Positions 39,864-53,829 of a stretch of DNA of 64,000 nucleotides are shown piece by piece. Position 1 is the first letter of the stretch. Every line of letters begins with the position of its first letter. Source of the stretch: Octopus sinensis (taxonomy: Eukaryota); assembly GCF_006345805.1 (NCBI RefSeq), contig NC_042998.1:190464001-190528000 (forward strand), read 5' to 3'. A program made the position numbers and the translations under genes. The notes under the pieces are model-generated. The model was not told the DNA's origin, did not search any database, and worked only from the letters and a program-made list of their open reading frames with translations.

Positions 39864-39889
39864 CCTACCTACCTACCTACCTACCTACG

Positions 39890-40454
39890 CGTCTGAAAGG
39901 ATTGGAGACAAACACTTTCCTCTCTGGTCAATATATCATCAACTTCTGCAGGTATCAATTGAAAAGGAAAGTGAGAGTAGAGAGGCAAGTTTTGTCTAGT
40001 GAATGTTTTAAAACAAGATGGGTGAATGTAGCAAGGATGGCACGTATGAATGACGAAGCCACCTTGAGCATAATCCTATGAACCCAGAAATTGAAATCAG
40101 AGGGTTACCCACTTGCAAACAAATGTGGTAACATATAACAACATTGACCGAGGTTACCGTGGTCTTTTTCGTAGGCTTTTCTTCCCACGGATAAACCTTA
40201 TCTGTTTCCCTCTTTACACCATACATCATGACACTGTGATACACGATCCCTATTGATTGTTTTTTTTCCTCTTCCCCTTTTTTTCTCTTTTCTCTTTTCT
40301 TTTGTTTCTTTTGTTTTTTTCTTTTTTCCCTTTTACGATCCCGTTTGATCGAAAACCTACGCCACTTTTGTTTTTTTTCCCATCCCCCAAAAGAAAAGCT
40401 CTACCTTGTAATTTGTCCCATCTGTGTGCAGCCCTGTGTGGCTAATAAAGAAAC
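39890..40454 (+). mobile_element. Tx1/L1-like LINE 3' fragment with ORF2 C-terminus
   Basis: ATG-less frame 39890-40081: RLKGLETNTFLSGQYIINFCRYQLKRKVRVERQVLSSECFKTRWVNVARM...IIL*, then 3' UTR and (TATC)n. Confidence 0.6.
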
Positions 40455-40530
<76 letters not shown>

Positions 40531-41216
40531 AGGATTGAGGTATTTAAGAGAAACGTGCAACCGTTTTACGTGATTTACAAATATTTGAGAAAAAAAATAT
40601 ATCCTTATACAAGCTGGTTTTTATAAACCGTTGACAGGAAATGGGTTGTGACCCTGACCTTTGCAGCGTCTCTGAGGCTGATGGGTAGGAAAGAGATTAA
40701 GAAAATATCCACAAAATGTCGAATTATCTTCCGATTGGAAAACTGATTTCAATATTAAAGGTGATTAACTAAACCTACTGAACCCAAATCAATGACAGAT
40801 ACAGTTCATATGACAAGCTTCCGCATAGTTTCCCCTCTGTCCATTTTCACTTAAAAGTGTTGGTTCAAACCAAGGTAAAACAAACTTCTCAAGGAGAGCC
40901 GCCCGGTGGGATCGAACTTGGGATTACATGACTACAAAGCCAGCTTCTTAAACAGTTTACCATAAGGTTACGATAAGCTTTTATATTAGGCCAAAATTAT
41001 AGTAAGAAAGAAAACTCGTGGATGGCTTCAAAACCATCAATGAAACAAAGCGTTTCTATGATAATTGTGGCACTGGACGTCATTAAATACTACAGCAAAG
41101 ATTATTCTGCCTTATTATCTTTGCTAATTAAAAAAATCCTAATTGCATATTTCATATCCAGACGTGTAATATGAAAAAGTTTTCATCACAAATCGGGTAA
41201 AATAAGTAAAAAATAA

Positions 41217-41265
<49 letters not shown>

Positions 41266-41269
41266 AAAT

Positions 41270-41590
41270 AAAATACAAAATGGGACAAGAACGCAAAACA
41301 TCCAGACAACTAAGTGATACAAAAAGGGACAACAAAACATCCAGATAGACGATACAAAAAAAAGAAAAAAAAAACAAAGACGGGTCATTCGAAGCCTTTT
41401 ATCTTCAGTCAAGAACCGGATCATCCTCGCAATTTCGGTTGATTAATCTTAAGATTGCTCCAATCTAGCCAGCCCCAAGGAAATACTAAGCTAAGAGCAT
41501 TAGATTCCTTGGAAAAAAAGCATCGAATGTATACGAGAACAAGGATGGAAATACAGACGAATATAAATACAAAAATACAATAAAATTAAC
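41270..41590 (-). repeat. Interspersed repeat family E, longest copy
   Basis: Reverse of 22985-23108 plus ~150 bp more upstream. Confidence 0.65.
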
Positions 41591-42070
41591 AATAATAATA
41601 ATAACAGGACATAACAACAGGCTAATTATATTATATTATATACAGTACAACCTCCATTTTATAATTACATCAAGTAAATCACAAAATTTGATCGAAAGCA
41701 AACGATCTAAAAGTTATATCAGATTACGTGTGCCATTGAAAAACATGAGCAGCACAAAGCTCGAGTGTTGCTGGATGCACTAGACTGTCACTTGATGTGC
41801 TATAAATAGCAGTCAACTGTCCCTCAAATGCTTTACATTGCGTTAAATATGAAGCACATATCAGATAATGCAGTCCTGAACGTACAAGAAAACGTGGTAG
41901 TCAGTACTGCAGCATCTTTGATTATAGGCTTGTTCGATTGGGATTCACATGGAGTTAAACAACATTCACTTTTTTTTCTTTTTGGGTGAAAAAGAAAGTG
42001 AACTAATCAAATAAATACAGCAAATACAGAAGAGTGTGACGAAGCTAGGAATATAATCTTCAAATCAGAT

Positions 42071-42470
42071 AGGCGACGAGCTGGCAGAGACGTTAGCACG
42101 TCGGGCGAAGTGCTTCGCGGTATTTCGCCCGTCGCTACGTTCTGAGTTCAAATTCCGCCGAGGTCGACTTTGCCTTTCATCTTTTCGGGGTCGATAAATT
42201 AAGTACCAGTTACGCACTGGGCCGATGTAATCGACTTAATCCGTTTGTCTGTCCTTGTTTGTCCCCTCTATGTTTCGCCCCTTGTGGGTAATAAAGAAAT
42301 AGGTATTTCGCTCGTCGTTACGTTCTGAGTTCAAATTCCGCCGAGGTCGACTTTGCCTTTCATCCTTTCGGGGTCGATAAATTAAGTACCAGTTACGCAC
42401 TGGGCCGATGTAATCGACTTAATCCGTTTGTCTCCTCTGTGTTTAGCCCCTTGTGGGTAGTAAAGAAATA
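42071..42470 (+). mobile_element. SINE family B, body dimer
   Basis: Same junction aaagaaata-gg-tatttcg at ~42300. Confidence 0.9.
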
Positions 42471-42570
42471 TATATATATTTGTCAACCCCGCCTCTCACT
42501 CTTTCCCTGTATATGAATATCTCACATGCATGCTGCTCCCCGCTCTCTCTCTCGCTATGACAAGTAATAG

Positions 42571-42800
42571 GGTGGCGAGTTGGCAGAAACGTTAGCAAAG
42601 CCGGGCGAAATGCGTAGCCGTATTTCGTCCGCCGCTACGTTCTGAGTTCAAATTTCGCCGATGTCGACTTTGCCTTTCATCCTTTCGGGGTCGATAAATT
42701 AAGTACCAGTTACGCACTGGGGTCGATGTAATCGACTTAATATCTTTGTCTGTCCTTGTTTGTCCCCTCTATGTTTAACCTCTTGTGGGCAATAAAGAAA
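42571..42800 (+). mobile_element. SINE family B, monomer
   Basis: ggtggcgagttggcagaaacg...gcaataaagaaa. Confidence 0.9.
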
Positions 42801-43504
42801 CAGATATGACAAGAAATTGCTTTCATTTTGTTGTAGCATGCTAGCTTCCAAATCCTGTTTTCTGATTGAGTAAAAATTATCAAAATTTAAACCTCCGTAA
42901 CATCTTTTAAAAAATTTTCTAGAATAGATGAATCCCAAAATCGTATTTAGCATGAAAATTAGATGAATATACCAAATTTGAATATTTTTTACTTAATGTT
43001 GAAATTTCAAAATCTGTGACAGTAACTGAAAAGATTTTCTCTCTCTATGTCTTTCTTTGTCTTTTACACTTTACTCATTGTAAACTTAACCCCTCAGTGG
43101 GGCATCTCACTATTTCTCTGTATATGTATATCGCTGGCGCTGATTTTATTAATTGTAACAGATGAGATTTAACAAAACATGATTTTGAATTCAGTTCTCA
43201 ATGAATTACAATGTTACAGTTGATCAAGACATGTTCTAAACAAGACAGAAGCCTCTTCATTAAAAATCGTAATGAAGTTCAGGAATTACATTCACAGTCA
43301 AATCAAATTATAAATACAAATTTTTCTTTCAGTCTAATCAAATACTTGATTTTATTTACAAACTAGCTGAGGCTCGTTGTTGCCGGGTCATTTTTACAAT
43401 AGAATGCCTTTATTTCAATTACTTTTTATTGTCTTTTTCCTGTGTTGTTTAGAACAAATGTCACTGATCTTGATCAACTGTTACATCATACTTCATTGAG
43501 AAAT

Positions 43505-43875
43505 GAATTGCATTCGAGCTTTGGTGTTGGAGAAGACTTTTACGGATTCCATGGACAGCGAGGCTCGCCAATAGAGAAGTTCTTAAGCAGATCAGGCCGA
43601 AAATGTCGCTAGAAGCTAGGATCACCAAGCATAGATTGGCATATTTCGGTCATATTATGCGGAGAAAATCCCCGGAGAAGGACATCATGCTCGGAATGGT
43701 CAGTGGCAAGATAGGAAGGGGCCGACCAAGAACCCGCTGGCTTGACACCATCAAGAGGAATACCGGAATGGACATAGCCAATCTGAAAGAAGCGGCCTAG
43801 GATAGAACTGACTGGAGGACACTGATCCATCGAGTAACCGAGAGTCGACTTCGACTGAGCGGATAGATAGATAGA
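43505..43875 (+). mobile_element. RTE/BovB-like LINE 3' fragment with (GATA)n tail
   Basis: Same family as 9848-10823; premature stop at 43798-800. Confidence 0.9.
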
Positions 43876-45170
43876 TCCCTTGAACAAAACTGTTTTTTCC
43901 TGATAATTAAAATTACAGCTGGTAAAGCAAGATTGAATTTCCATACTACAAGCCTTTACAATCACAGCGTATTTCAACATTGAATATTTATCCTATTCTG
44001 TGTGAATCAGTTCATTTAGAGAGAGGAGTATGGATACCACTTCTCTCTATACTGAAAGCACAACTGAAAGGAGCATCATTAATCTGTCTTGAAGAAAACT
44101 ATGTTCTGCTTTTGATAAATTAATTGATACTGACACTTGTCTGGAATTCGTATGCTAAGGCATATCATTTAGGCTACACTTGTTTAGTTTTCTACTAAGT
44201 ATTGTTTCTAGAAATATTAGCTTAATGTTGTTAAGTCCAAATCACGAAGAGGCAGTCATGGGTTGATTGTCAAAATGTATTATTACACCTGTATGAGTTA
44301 GTCTGGTTTTCTTTTGTTAACTTGGATAACATGCTGATACTTAGGTTTGTTATTATAGGAAAATACTTGCTGTTCGAGTTGTTTGAAATCAATAACTGTG
44401 AGAGTTGAACATAATAAAGCATACCTCGCATTCGATGTTAGCATCTAATAGTTTAAGAACGCCAAATGTTTTTCAGCAATATGAAATCAGTTAAAAGCCT
44501 GTCTGCTCACAATATAGGTTCATAAAAGGAACGGGTCAGTATGTAACTTCACAATAGGGAATTTTGCTAACACGTCCAAGAGCACTCGATCGAATCGATA
44601 AAGCATAGAAACAACAAAAGTTACAACAGGGATATTTTCCAGTTTCTAATAAGCCTTTTCTATCTCATAACCCCCTCCCACAAAAAAAACTAACAAAACA
44701 AAAACAACAAAAATAAAAACAACAAACAAACAAACAAACAACAGGAAGAACTGCAAAAAAATAAAAATAAAAATAAAAACAAAGATGTAAAGACCTGTAG
44801 ACTTCTGATATCATCCGATATATTGGCAAATATATAAAAAAGTGAATGCAGAATTTTCAATAATAATATAAAAACCATTTCTTTTGGCTGTTTTCCAGAA
44901 CCATTTCGTGGAAAAGTAGAGCTGTCTTGTTTTCTTTTCTGTCTTCTTTTTTTAATAAAATGTAATGAATTTTATACAAAGACCCAACGACAAACAAGCA
45001 ATGTTTACTGATCTTATGACTGATAGCTCCTCAGCAGTTGGTAAAAGAACACCCATAAAAATATATTCTTATATATTACCTTGGTTCGAACTGATGTCTA
45101 AATTTAAATGTTGCAATGTATCTGCTATTTTTCAACAAAAGCTGATTAGTAGAAGAAGGAAAAAATGCTG

Positions 45171-45228
<58 letters not shown>

Positions 45229-45238
45229 TATTATTTAG

Positions 45239-45700
45239 GCGGCGAGCTGGCAGAACCGTTAGCACGCCGGGCAAAATGCTTAGCGGCATTTCGTTCGTCC
45301 TTAAATTCTGAGTTCAAATTCCACCGAGATCGATTTTGCCTTTCATCTTTTCAGGGGTCGATAAATTAAGTAACAGTTGAGTACTGAGGTAGATGTAGCC
45401 GACTTACACTTCCCTCGAAATTGCAGACCATGTGCCAAAATTTGAAATCACAAGTATTATCATTATTATTATTATTATTATTATTGAAGGTAGCAAGCTG
45501 GCAGAATCATTAACATACCGGACCAAAATGCTTAGCAGAATTTCATCCGTCTTCACATTCTGAATTCAAATTCCACCGTGTTCGAAAGGATCAAAGACAA
45601 AGTATTTGATAAAATAAATACCAATGGAGCACTGGAGTTGAAATAATCGACTAACACTCTACTCTGAAATTTCAGGTCTTGTGCCTATAGAAGAAAGGTT
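45239..45700 (+). mobile_element. Two tandem older SINE B-related copies with an alternative tail
   Basis: Heads at 45239 and ~45488; tail ...cctcgaaattgc...tgtgccaaaatttgaaa. Confidence 0.75.
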
Positions 45701-45734
45701 TATTAAATAATGTATATGTCAGTGAACAGTCAGA

Positions 45735-45930
45735 CTCGTTAGCTCGCCGGACAAAATGCTTAGCGGCATTTCTTCCGGTTCTTTACGTTCAGAGTCCAAA
45801 TACCGCTGAGGTTAACTTTACCTTTTTGTCGACCTTGGCGGAATTTGCACTCAGAGCATAAAGACGAACGAAATGCTGTTAAGGTTTTTTTTCCGGGACG
45901 GTAACAATTGTGACAGCTCGCCGCCTTAGT
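45735..45930. mobile_element. Tail-to-tail fusion of two SINE B heads
   Basis: Forward head at 45735-45826 directly joined to a reverse head at 45827-45930. Confidence 0.7.
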
Positions 45931-46109
45931 GAAAGATCGAAAGATATTCGTGGAAACTGCCTTCAAGCACAAACGAATAAGTAAAGGATTCTGTTTGAAA
46001 TTAATTGGCTAAACCGATTCAATATATGTATGTATATGTGACCGCGTGTGTATCGTTGGCAATTTTTTTCCCTTCTGTCTTCCCTTCCTTGGATCTTTCA
46101 TTTTCCTAC

Positions 46110-46144
46110 GTTTCTGACGAAGAGCTCCGCTCGAAACGTAAATC
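46110..46144 (+). ncRNA. Minimal type-I hammerhead motif, canonical core
   Basis: gttt-CTGACGA-a-GAGC/tcc/GCTC-GAAAC-GTA-aatc: loopless palindromic stem III and weak stem I. Same family as 25595. Confidence 0.65.
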
Positions 46145-46248
46145 CTCCTTCTTTTTTTCCTTTCCTGAGCGTCCAATAACACTATACTTGTTCCACGTCC
46201 TCGCGTTGTTGTGTTTTCTCTTTGTGTTTTCATGTTTGGATTAACTAT

Positions 46249-46317
<69 letters not shown>

Positions 46318-46529
46318 TAAAATTCAATACAAGGAAAACAATTTCCTTTAAAGGGATGGAAACATCCAATTTTTCACTGGTTTGGCGGTTTAATACCCAA
46401 TATGGCAGAGAAAAACTTTTCTATAACTTAAATGGGTATATACTCAATATTCAAAAATGAAAAGAAAATAGAGAATTACGATTGACATATATTAATTTAT
46501 CAACATAATAATATATTATTATTATAATA

Positions 46530-46670
46530 TAAGGTTGTCCCAAAAGTTCGTAGAAAGTCTTGGAAAATAATGGTCTTTATTTTGAGGAATAATTTTTGTT
46601 GTTTTTGTTAGTACTTGGCGAGTAAAAATTCAATTTTCGCAAGTGTTTACGAACTTTTGGGACAACCTAA
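46530..46670. mobile_element. Mariner-type MITE, 141 bp (MADE1-like architecture)
   Basis: TIR TAAGGTTGTCCCAAAAGTTCGTA / TACGAACTTTTGGGACAACCTAA; TA on both sides. Confidence 0.88.
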
Positions 46671-47783
46671 TATAATATAACATGATATAATATAAATACA
46701 AATATTATAATCTTACAAATATTTGACAAAAATTAGCAAAAAATTACATATGAGGATCCTAGTACAGACTGGTGAGATTCTTACCTATAAACATGATTTT
46801 TTTATAAATTCATTATTGGGTCTGAAGCGAAACAATTTGTAGGATTATAATATTTGTATTTATATTATGTTATATAATAATAATATAATATTATATTACT
46901 AAATTAAAATATGTCAATCGTGAATCTCCATTTACTTTTCATTTATAATTATTCTTTTATTCTCTTATTTGTTTCAGTCATTTGACTGCAGCAATGCAGG
47001 ACTTATGTAACTTATCTGATATATACATGTATATACATCTTCACATATATATTTTCTCAGATTACTTAACACTGCTATTTCCTTAATTCTTCATACCTTT
47101 GCCTCACAATTAGAAGCTACTACTACACATTGGCCTTTCCTCTACCTCTTAACCCCCCACCATTCCTCTATCTTTTACACTATAATTCCTTTCTCTCTCT
47201 ATCCCCACTCCTACTTGCAAATTATCTCCAAGACCACTGACTGATCTATATCTTAATTTTTCTTTTTTCTTTACTCCCTGTATTCATATCTTCAGGGTTT
47301 TTATTCTTCATTAAAATTTTTTTAATTATTATTTTGTTACTTCTACTAATCTTCTCTCTCATTTCTCTTTCATTCTTGCTTTTTCTCCTCTTTTTTCTCT
47401 TTCTTTTTCTCTTTTATCTCTTTATTTTATTCCTCTCTTCTTGTTTTCAATTTAACCATATTAATACACTCCCTATTTCCAGGTCATTTTAAATACAAAC
47501 CTTGACTCTGCTACACTCTATATAAATTCCCTACTGTGAATGACCAAGTTTAAGAGAATCTTACATTGCTTATAAACTCTATATTTGGAAGGTCTCTGTT
47601 GGACTTTTGGATTTTACTCAAAGGATATTGGAATATTACACATATATACCATTATGCCTATAAAACGGATTTACAACTTCAATACCCATACATATCTTAC
47701 ATCTATTTTCTTTCCTCTACCTCACTCTCTATTTGTATCACTTCGAAACAACTAACTATGACTTAATTTTTCCTCTCACACCA

Positions 47784-47833
47784 TCTCCGATGAAGGGATA
47801 TTATTAATTAATATCCTAGAAACTGCTGTAAGA
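47784..47833 (+). ncRNA. Hammerhead motif, U4C variant
   Basis: tct-CCGATGA-a-GGGATATT/attaatt/AATATCCTa-GAAAC-tgct-GTA-aga. Confidence 0.5.
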
Positions 47834-48056
47834 CCATCTGTCTATAAGTGCTCTAATATCTATACAGCCTTGGTTTTTTATCTTATTACGCAAAAAATTA
47901 TGATATACACACGCTGACATAGAACCAACGTTGAACCCTTCATTCGCAATATTACCGAATCTGGAACTTAACTGTGGTCTGTCTATAGTACTTATTCAGC
48001 ATTACCTGACACCCTTGGGCCTCAATGACACCATTATCTCTTGCAACCTACATACA

Positions 48057-48092
<36 letters not shown>

Positions 48093-48097
48093 TATAT

Positions 48098-48442
<345 letters not shown>

Positions 48443-48682
48443 CATACATATATACATACATATACATACATATATATACATTCATATGTATATATACATA
48501 CATATACTTATATATACATACATACGTATATATACATACATACATATACATACATAAACATACATATTTATATATATACATACATATACATACATTCATA
48601 TACATACATATATATACATACATATACATACATACACACACACACGCACATATATATATGAGACAAAATATACTGAAAAAAC

Positions 48683-49557
48683 AACTTGTGTTATATGGTT
48701 CAATCGTTATGTTAGGAAAACATTATAAAATTTTGTGTAAAGTAACATTGTTTTTGGAGAAATAACTGGTTTCGTATTTTCTTTTCAAATTTCTCAAATT
48801 TCTTTACTGATATTTTGTCCTCTCTTCACTATGAAGTGAAGTGTGAGAGTTCCAGACAGGAGATGGTAATCAGGGATTTTTCGGTATATGGGAGATAAAC
48901 AAAAATGTTGGAAATGACTAGGTCTTATTAATTTAGAATGATTTGGTTTAGAAAGAATAGAATGTTAGATGTGTTTAAGTTTTGCTTTATATTCTTCTCA
49001 ATGAGGTACGTTTCCTTACTTAAAATTGCTAGAAATAGTTAAGCTTTGGCTTATATTTTGTCAATGTGCCATTGGAACACCAACACAAGTTAGATGAAAT
49101 AAGGAAACCTACTTCATTGAAAAACATAAGCCAAAACTTAACCATTTCTAGTAATCTTAAATAAGGAAACTTGTGTTATATAGTTAAAGAATATATTTAA
49201 ATCGTTATGTTAGGAAAATGTTATAAAATTTTGTGTAAAGTAGCATTGTTTTTAGAGAAATAACCTGTTTCGTATTTTCTTTTCAAATTTCTTTACCGAT
49301 ATTGTGTCATCTCTTCACTATGAAGTAAAGTATGAAAGTTCCCGACAGGAGAAGGTAATTTGGGATTTTTTCACTATAAGGGAGATAAGTTTCCATATTT
49401 AAAATTGCTAGAAATGGGTTAGGTTTTGGCTTATATTTTTCAATGAAGCAGGTTTCTTTATTTCATCTAACTTGTGTTGGTGTTCCAATGGCACATTGAA
49501 AAAATATAAGCCAAAACTTAACCACTTCTAACATTATATTCTTTCTAAACCAAATCA
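48683..49557. repeat. Mosaic direct/inverted local duplication (A-B-A'-B' inverted)
   Basis: A: 48683-48900 and 49168-49390; B: 48938-49168, with its reverse complement at 49390-49557. Confidence 0.8.
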
Positions 49558-49647
49558 TGCACATACATACATACATACATACATACATAATACATACATA
49601 CATACATACATACATACATACATACATAATACATACATACATACATA

Positions 49648-49704
<57 letters not shown>

Positions 49705-49816
49705 ATATACATATACATAATGATATTAGGTAGTATAAACTTACAGGGAAAAATTCAATTTAGTATTTCACAATATAATATATATATATATATACGCACA
49801 CACACACACACACACA

Positions 49817-49847
<31 letters not shown>

Positions 49848-49907
49848 CACCACACACACACACCACACACATATATATTATATATATATATACACATATA
49901 CATATAT

Positions 49908-49940
<33 letters not shown>

Positions 49941-50199
49941 CCCTGTATAGGAATTAATTCTTCATAACAGTAGATATTTAGGGTAAAGGGAAACGTTTTC
50001 ACTGTCTTTATTCTGTGAATGCAGAGAAAAGGAGATTAGCTGTTTCAAATGTGTAGTAGGGATTAGTGAGAGAAAGAAAGGAAGAGAAATTAGGAAAGAG
50101 TGGTTTTGGTGGTGGAAAGGGGGGATAAGAATGGGAATGAAAGGGACCTGTTTAAAGGAGGGATACTTTTTTGCTGAATAACAGTTTATAACGCATAGA

Positions 50200-50600
50200 A
50201 TCTACAAAGATTAGTGGTTGTCTGTGTAGGTGAATACTTCATTTAGTGATAAGGTTTCATGTTTCTCGTTGGGAGAGGAATTTCAGACATTTCAGACACA
50301 GTTCTGGTTTATGGATAAAAAAGCGGGAAGCTTTTCTTCGCCTTTGATCTATGAGTGTTGGGACATGAAGCAGCACAGAGTTAGTGGTTGTGTAAAGATC
50401 TGAAGAAAGATAACTTTGTGGATGTTGCGGTCAAACATAATTTGAAAAACCGTCTGAGTCGTTTCAGGAATAAAACAGCACCTTTATTGTACATCCATTT
50501 ACAATTCATTTCCCAAATAAAAGGCATCAAATATATTTCAATAAGCAAGATCTGATGAAGTTCCAGAGTACTCCAGCGAGGCACTAAAACGTAGCCGATA
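50200..50600 (-). mobile_element. Possible Penelope-like GIY-YIG C-terminal relic
   Basis: Minus strand DQRRRKASRFFIHK...LSLNEVF resembles RK..E..FI.KL.T..P.GLN. Confidence 0.35.
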
Positions 50601-50608
50601 CCAAGATA

Positions 50609-50671
<63 letters not shown>

Positions 50672-50677
50672 TATATG

Positions 50678-50715
<38 letters not shown>

Positions 50716-50718
50716 ATG

Positions 50719-51088
50719 GAAGCACTCCGTCGGTAACGACGATGAGGGTTCCGGTTGATCCGAATCAACGGAACAGCCTGCTCGTGAAATTAACGTGTAA
50801 GTGGCTGAGCACTCCACAGACACGTGCACCCTTAACGTAGTTCTCGGGGATATTCAGCGTGACACAGAGAGTGACAAAGCCGGCCCTTTGAAATACAGGT
50901 ACAAGAGAAACAGGAAGTAAGAGTGAGAGAAAGTTGTGGTGAAAGAGTACAGCAGGGATCACCCCCCCCCCTGCCGGAGCCTCGTGGAGCTTTTTAGGTG
51001 TTTTTGCTCAATAAACACTCACAACGCCCGGTCTGGGAATCGAAACCGCGATCCTATGACCGCGAGTCCGCTGCCCTAACCACTGGGT
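50719..51088 (-). mobile_element. SINE family C
   Basis: Matches 13401-13781; head slightly truncated. Confidence 0.92.
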
Positions 51089-51851
51089 CAAACTCGAGAC
51101 TATGGCAAAAGATATTACTTAAGGTGCGGCGTAGTGTGATCGAATTTGGAACCATGTTGCTTCGAAGCTCACGTCATAACCCTCACAACCATAACTTAGC
51201 TAAATAAATTATTCAAAAATTGTGCTTTCGTTGCTAAACAGTGTAAAGTTTGTAATTTAATAAAAAAAAAATTAAATTTTGGTCCGATAACAACGGTATG
51301 GTGATTATATGAGGGAAAGTATTGGCAATAACATAAGTGAAGGGAGGCCCCAAATAGTATTTATTAACTTCAAAACTTGGCAATGATATTTCATTTGTGT
51401 ATTATCACACCTTAAAGATTTCAGTTATAAGACAGATTATATTTTATGGCAAAATACGGATAAATATTGATTCGACTTCTTATTTAAATAATTTCGAAAG
51501 AAATTGAATAAATGTTCTTGTGAATCTGTAAAACATTACAAGTATAATGTATTTAGAGACCCACAGTGGCAAATAAAGAGAAAATAGGTGAAGAGAAGAT
51601 CTGAGCATAATTATTTTAATACCCACCCCGCCAATATAAAGTATTTATAATAAAGAGGAAATTTCCTAATGTCCAGCACACTTGAATGAAATGATAATAG
51701 GGTCTTTAATAGTGCTATAATCTCCAGCAAATCATCTTCACAATTTGGTTTCAGTCCCCAATTTCACTATATTTCAATACCTTGTTTACCACTCTTACTG
51801 TTTTAAATTTATCAAGGTATGCAATGACGTGCATGTGTGATTCTATTTTTT

Positions 51852-52445
51852 ATTCTTTTACATGTTTCAGTCATTAGACTGCGGCCATGATGGGACACTG
51901 CTGCGAAGAATTTTAATCAAACGAATTGATCTCGGTATTTATATTTATTTTTTAAGCCTAGTACTTTATCGTTTCTTTTGCCGAACCGCTAGATTACAGG
52001 GACGTAAACACACCAACACTGGTTGTCAAGCAGTGGTGTGAGATAAATACTGACAGATACACACACACACACACACACGCACACAAGACGGGATTTTATG
52101 GCGGCGAGCTGGCAGAAACGTTAGCATGCCGGACGAAATGCGTAGCCGTATTTCGTCTACCGTTACGTTCTGAGTTCAAATTCCGCCGAGGTCGACTTTG
52201 CCTTTCATCCTTTCGGGGTCGATGAATTAAGTACCAGTTACGCACTGGGGTCGATGTGATCGACTCAATCCGTTTGTCTGTCCTTGTTTATCCTCTCTGT
52301 GTTTAGCCCCTTGTGGGTAGTAAAGAAATAGGGATTCTTTTAGTTTCTGTCTACCACATCCACGCACATCCACGAGGCTATAGTAGAAGTCACTTGCCAA
52401 GGTGCCACGCAGTGAGATTGAACTCGGAACAATGTGGCTGGGAAG
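51852..52445 (-). mobile_element. Diverged SINE family A interrupted by SINE B
   Basis: 3' half at 51852-52090, 5' half at 52331-52445. Confidence 0.75.
52097..52330 (+). mobile_element. SINE family B nested in SINE A
   Basis: Full monomer; gggatt repeated on both sides. Confidence 0.9.
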
Positions 52446-52522
52446 CAAACTTATCACAGTTCCGCTTACAAGTTCAAATGATATTCAAGGATTTCAAAGA
52501 AGAGTAAAAAAAATAAAAATAG

Positions 52523-52933
52523 GCGCAGGAGTGGCTGTGTGGTAAGGGCTTGCTTACCAACCACATGGTTCCGGGTTCAGTCCCACTGCGTGTCATCTTG
52601 GGCAAGTGTCTTCTGCTATAGCCCCGGGCCGACCAATGCCTTGTGAGTGGATTTGGTAGACGGAAACTGAAAGAAGCCTGTCGTATATGTATGTATATAT
52701 ATATAAATGTGTGTGTATATGTTTGTGTGTCTGTGTTTGTCCCCCTAGCATTGCTTGACAACCGATGCTGGTGTGTTTAAGTTCCCGTAACATTAGCGGT
52801 TCGGCAAAAGAGACCGATAGAATAAGTACTGGGCTTACAAAGAATAAGTCCCGGAGTCGATTTGCTCGACTAAAGGCGGTGCTCCAGCATGGCCGCAGTC
52901 AAACGACTGAAACAAGTAAAAGAGTAAAAGAGT

Positions 52934-52935
<2 letters not shown>
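52523..52935 (+). mobile_element. SINE family A, full length
   Basis: gcgcaggagtggctgtgtgg...gaaacaagtaaaagag. Confidence 0.93.
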
Positions 52936-52978
<43 letters not shown>

Positions 52979-53147
52979 CTACAAACAGAGTCCATTTATT
53001 TGTAAAGCCATCTATACCCGTACCACACCAATAAATATTTAATTTTGCGTTTTGCTTATCGACTCGTTCTTTAATACTTCTGCCAGTTTTGGCAAAGCTT
53101 ACAATTCAACAGGAAAGGAAGCATATTTAGAATTGGTTTCCTATATT

Positions 53148-53670
53148 TATTTCTTTATAACCCACAAGGGGCTAAACACAGAGGGGACAAACAAGGACAG
53201 ACAAAGGGATTAAGTCGATTAAATCGACCCCAGATCGCAAATGGTACTTAATTTATCGACCCCGAAAGGATGAAAGGCAAAGTCGACCTCGGCGGAATTT
53301 GAACTCAGAACGTTACGGCAGACGAAATACATATTTCTTTACTACCCACAAGGGGCTTAACAAAGAGAGAACAAACAAGGACAGACAAACGGATTAAGCC
53401 GATTATATCGACCCCAGGTCGCAACTGCTACTTAATTTATCGACCTCGAAAGGATGAAAGGCAAAGTCCACCTCGGCGGAATTTGAACTCAGAACGTAAC
53501 GGCAGACGAAATACATATTTCTTTACTACCCACAAGGGGCTAAACAAAGAGAGGACAAACGGATTAAGTCGATTATATTGACCCCAGTGCGTAACTGGTA
53601 CGTAGCGGCAGACGAAATACGGCTAAGCATTTCGCCCGGTGTGCTACCGGTTCTGCCAGCTCGCCGCCTT
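53148..53670 (-). mobile_element. SINE family B, body trimer (third unit internally deleted), 15-bp TSD
   Basis: TSD ttggtttcctatatt at 53133-47 and 53671-85. Confidence 0.93.
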
Positions 53671-53829
53671 TTGGTTTCCTATATTCGTTGGTAAGGAAAA
53701 CATATTTCGCCAGCTGGCAGAAATCATTAGCACGTTGTACGAGATACTCAGTGGTATTCCTATACGTTTGGAGTTCAAATTTCGTCGATGTCAACTTTGC
53801 CTTTCATTATTTCGGGTCGATAAAAAATA

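Noticed and set aside
44100-44600. Possible reverse-transcriptase relic on the minus strand
   Set aside because: A single VIDF-like motif; too decayed to call without a search.
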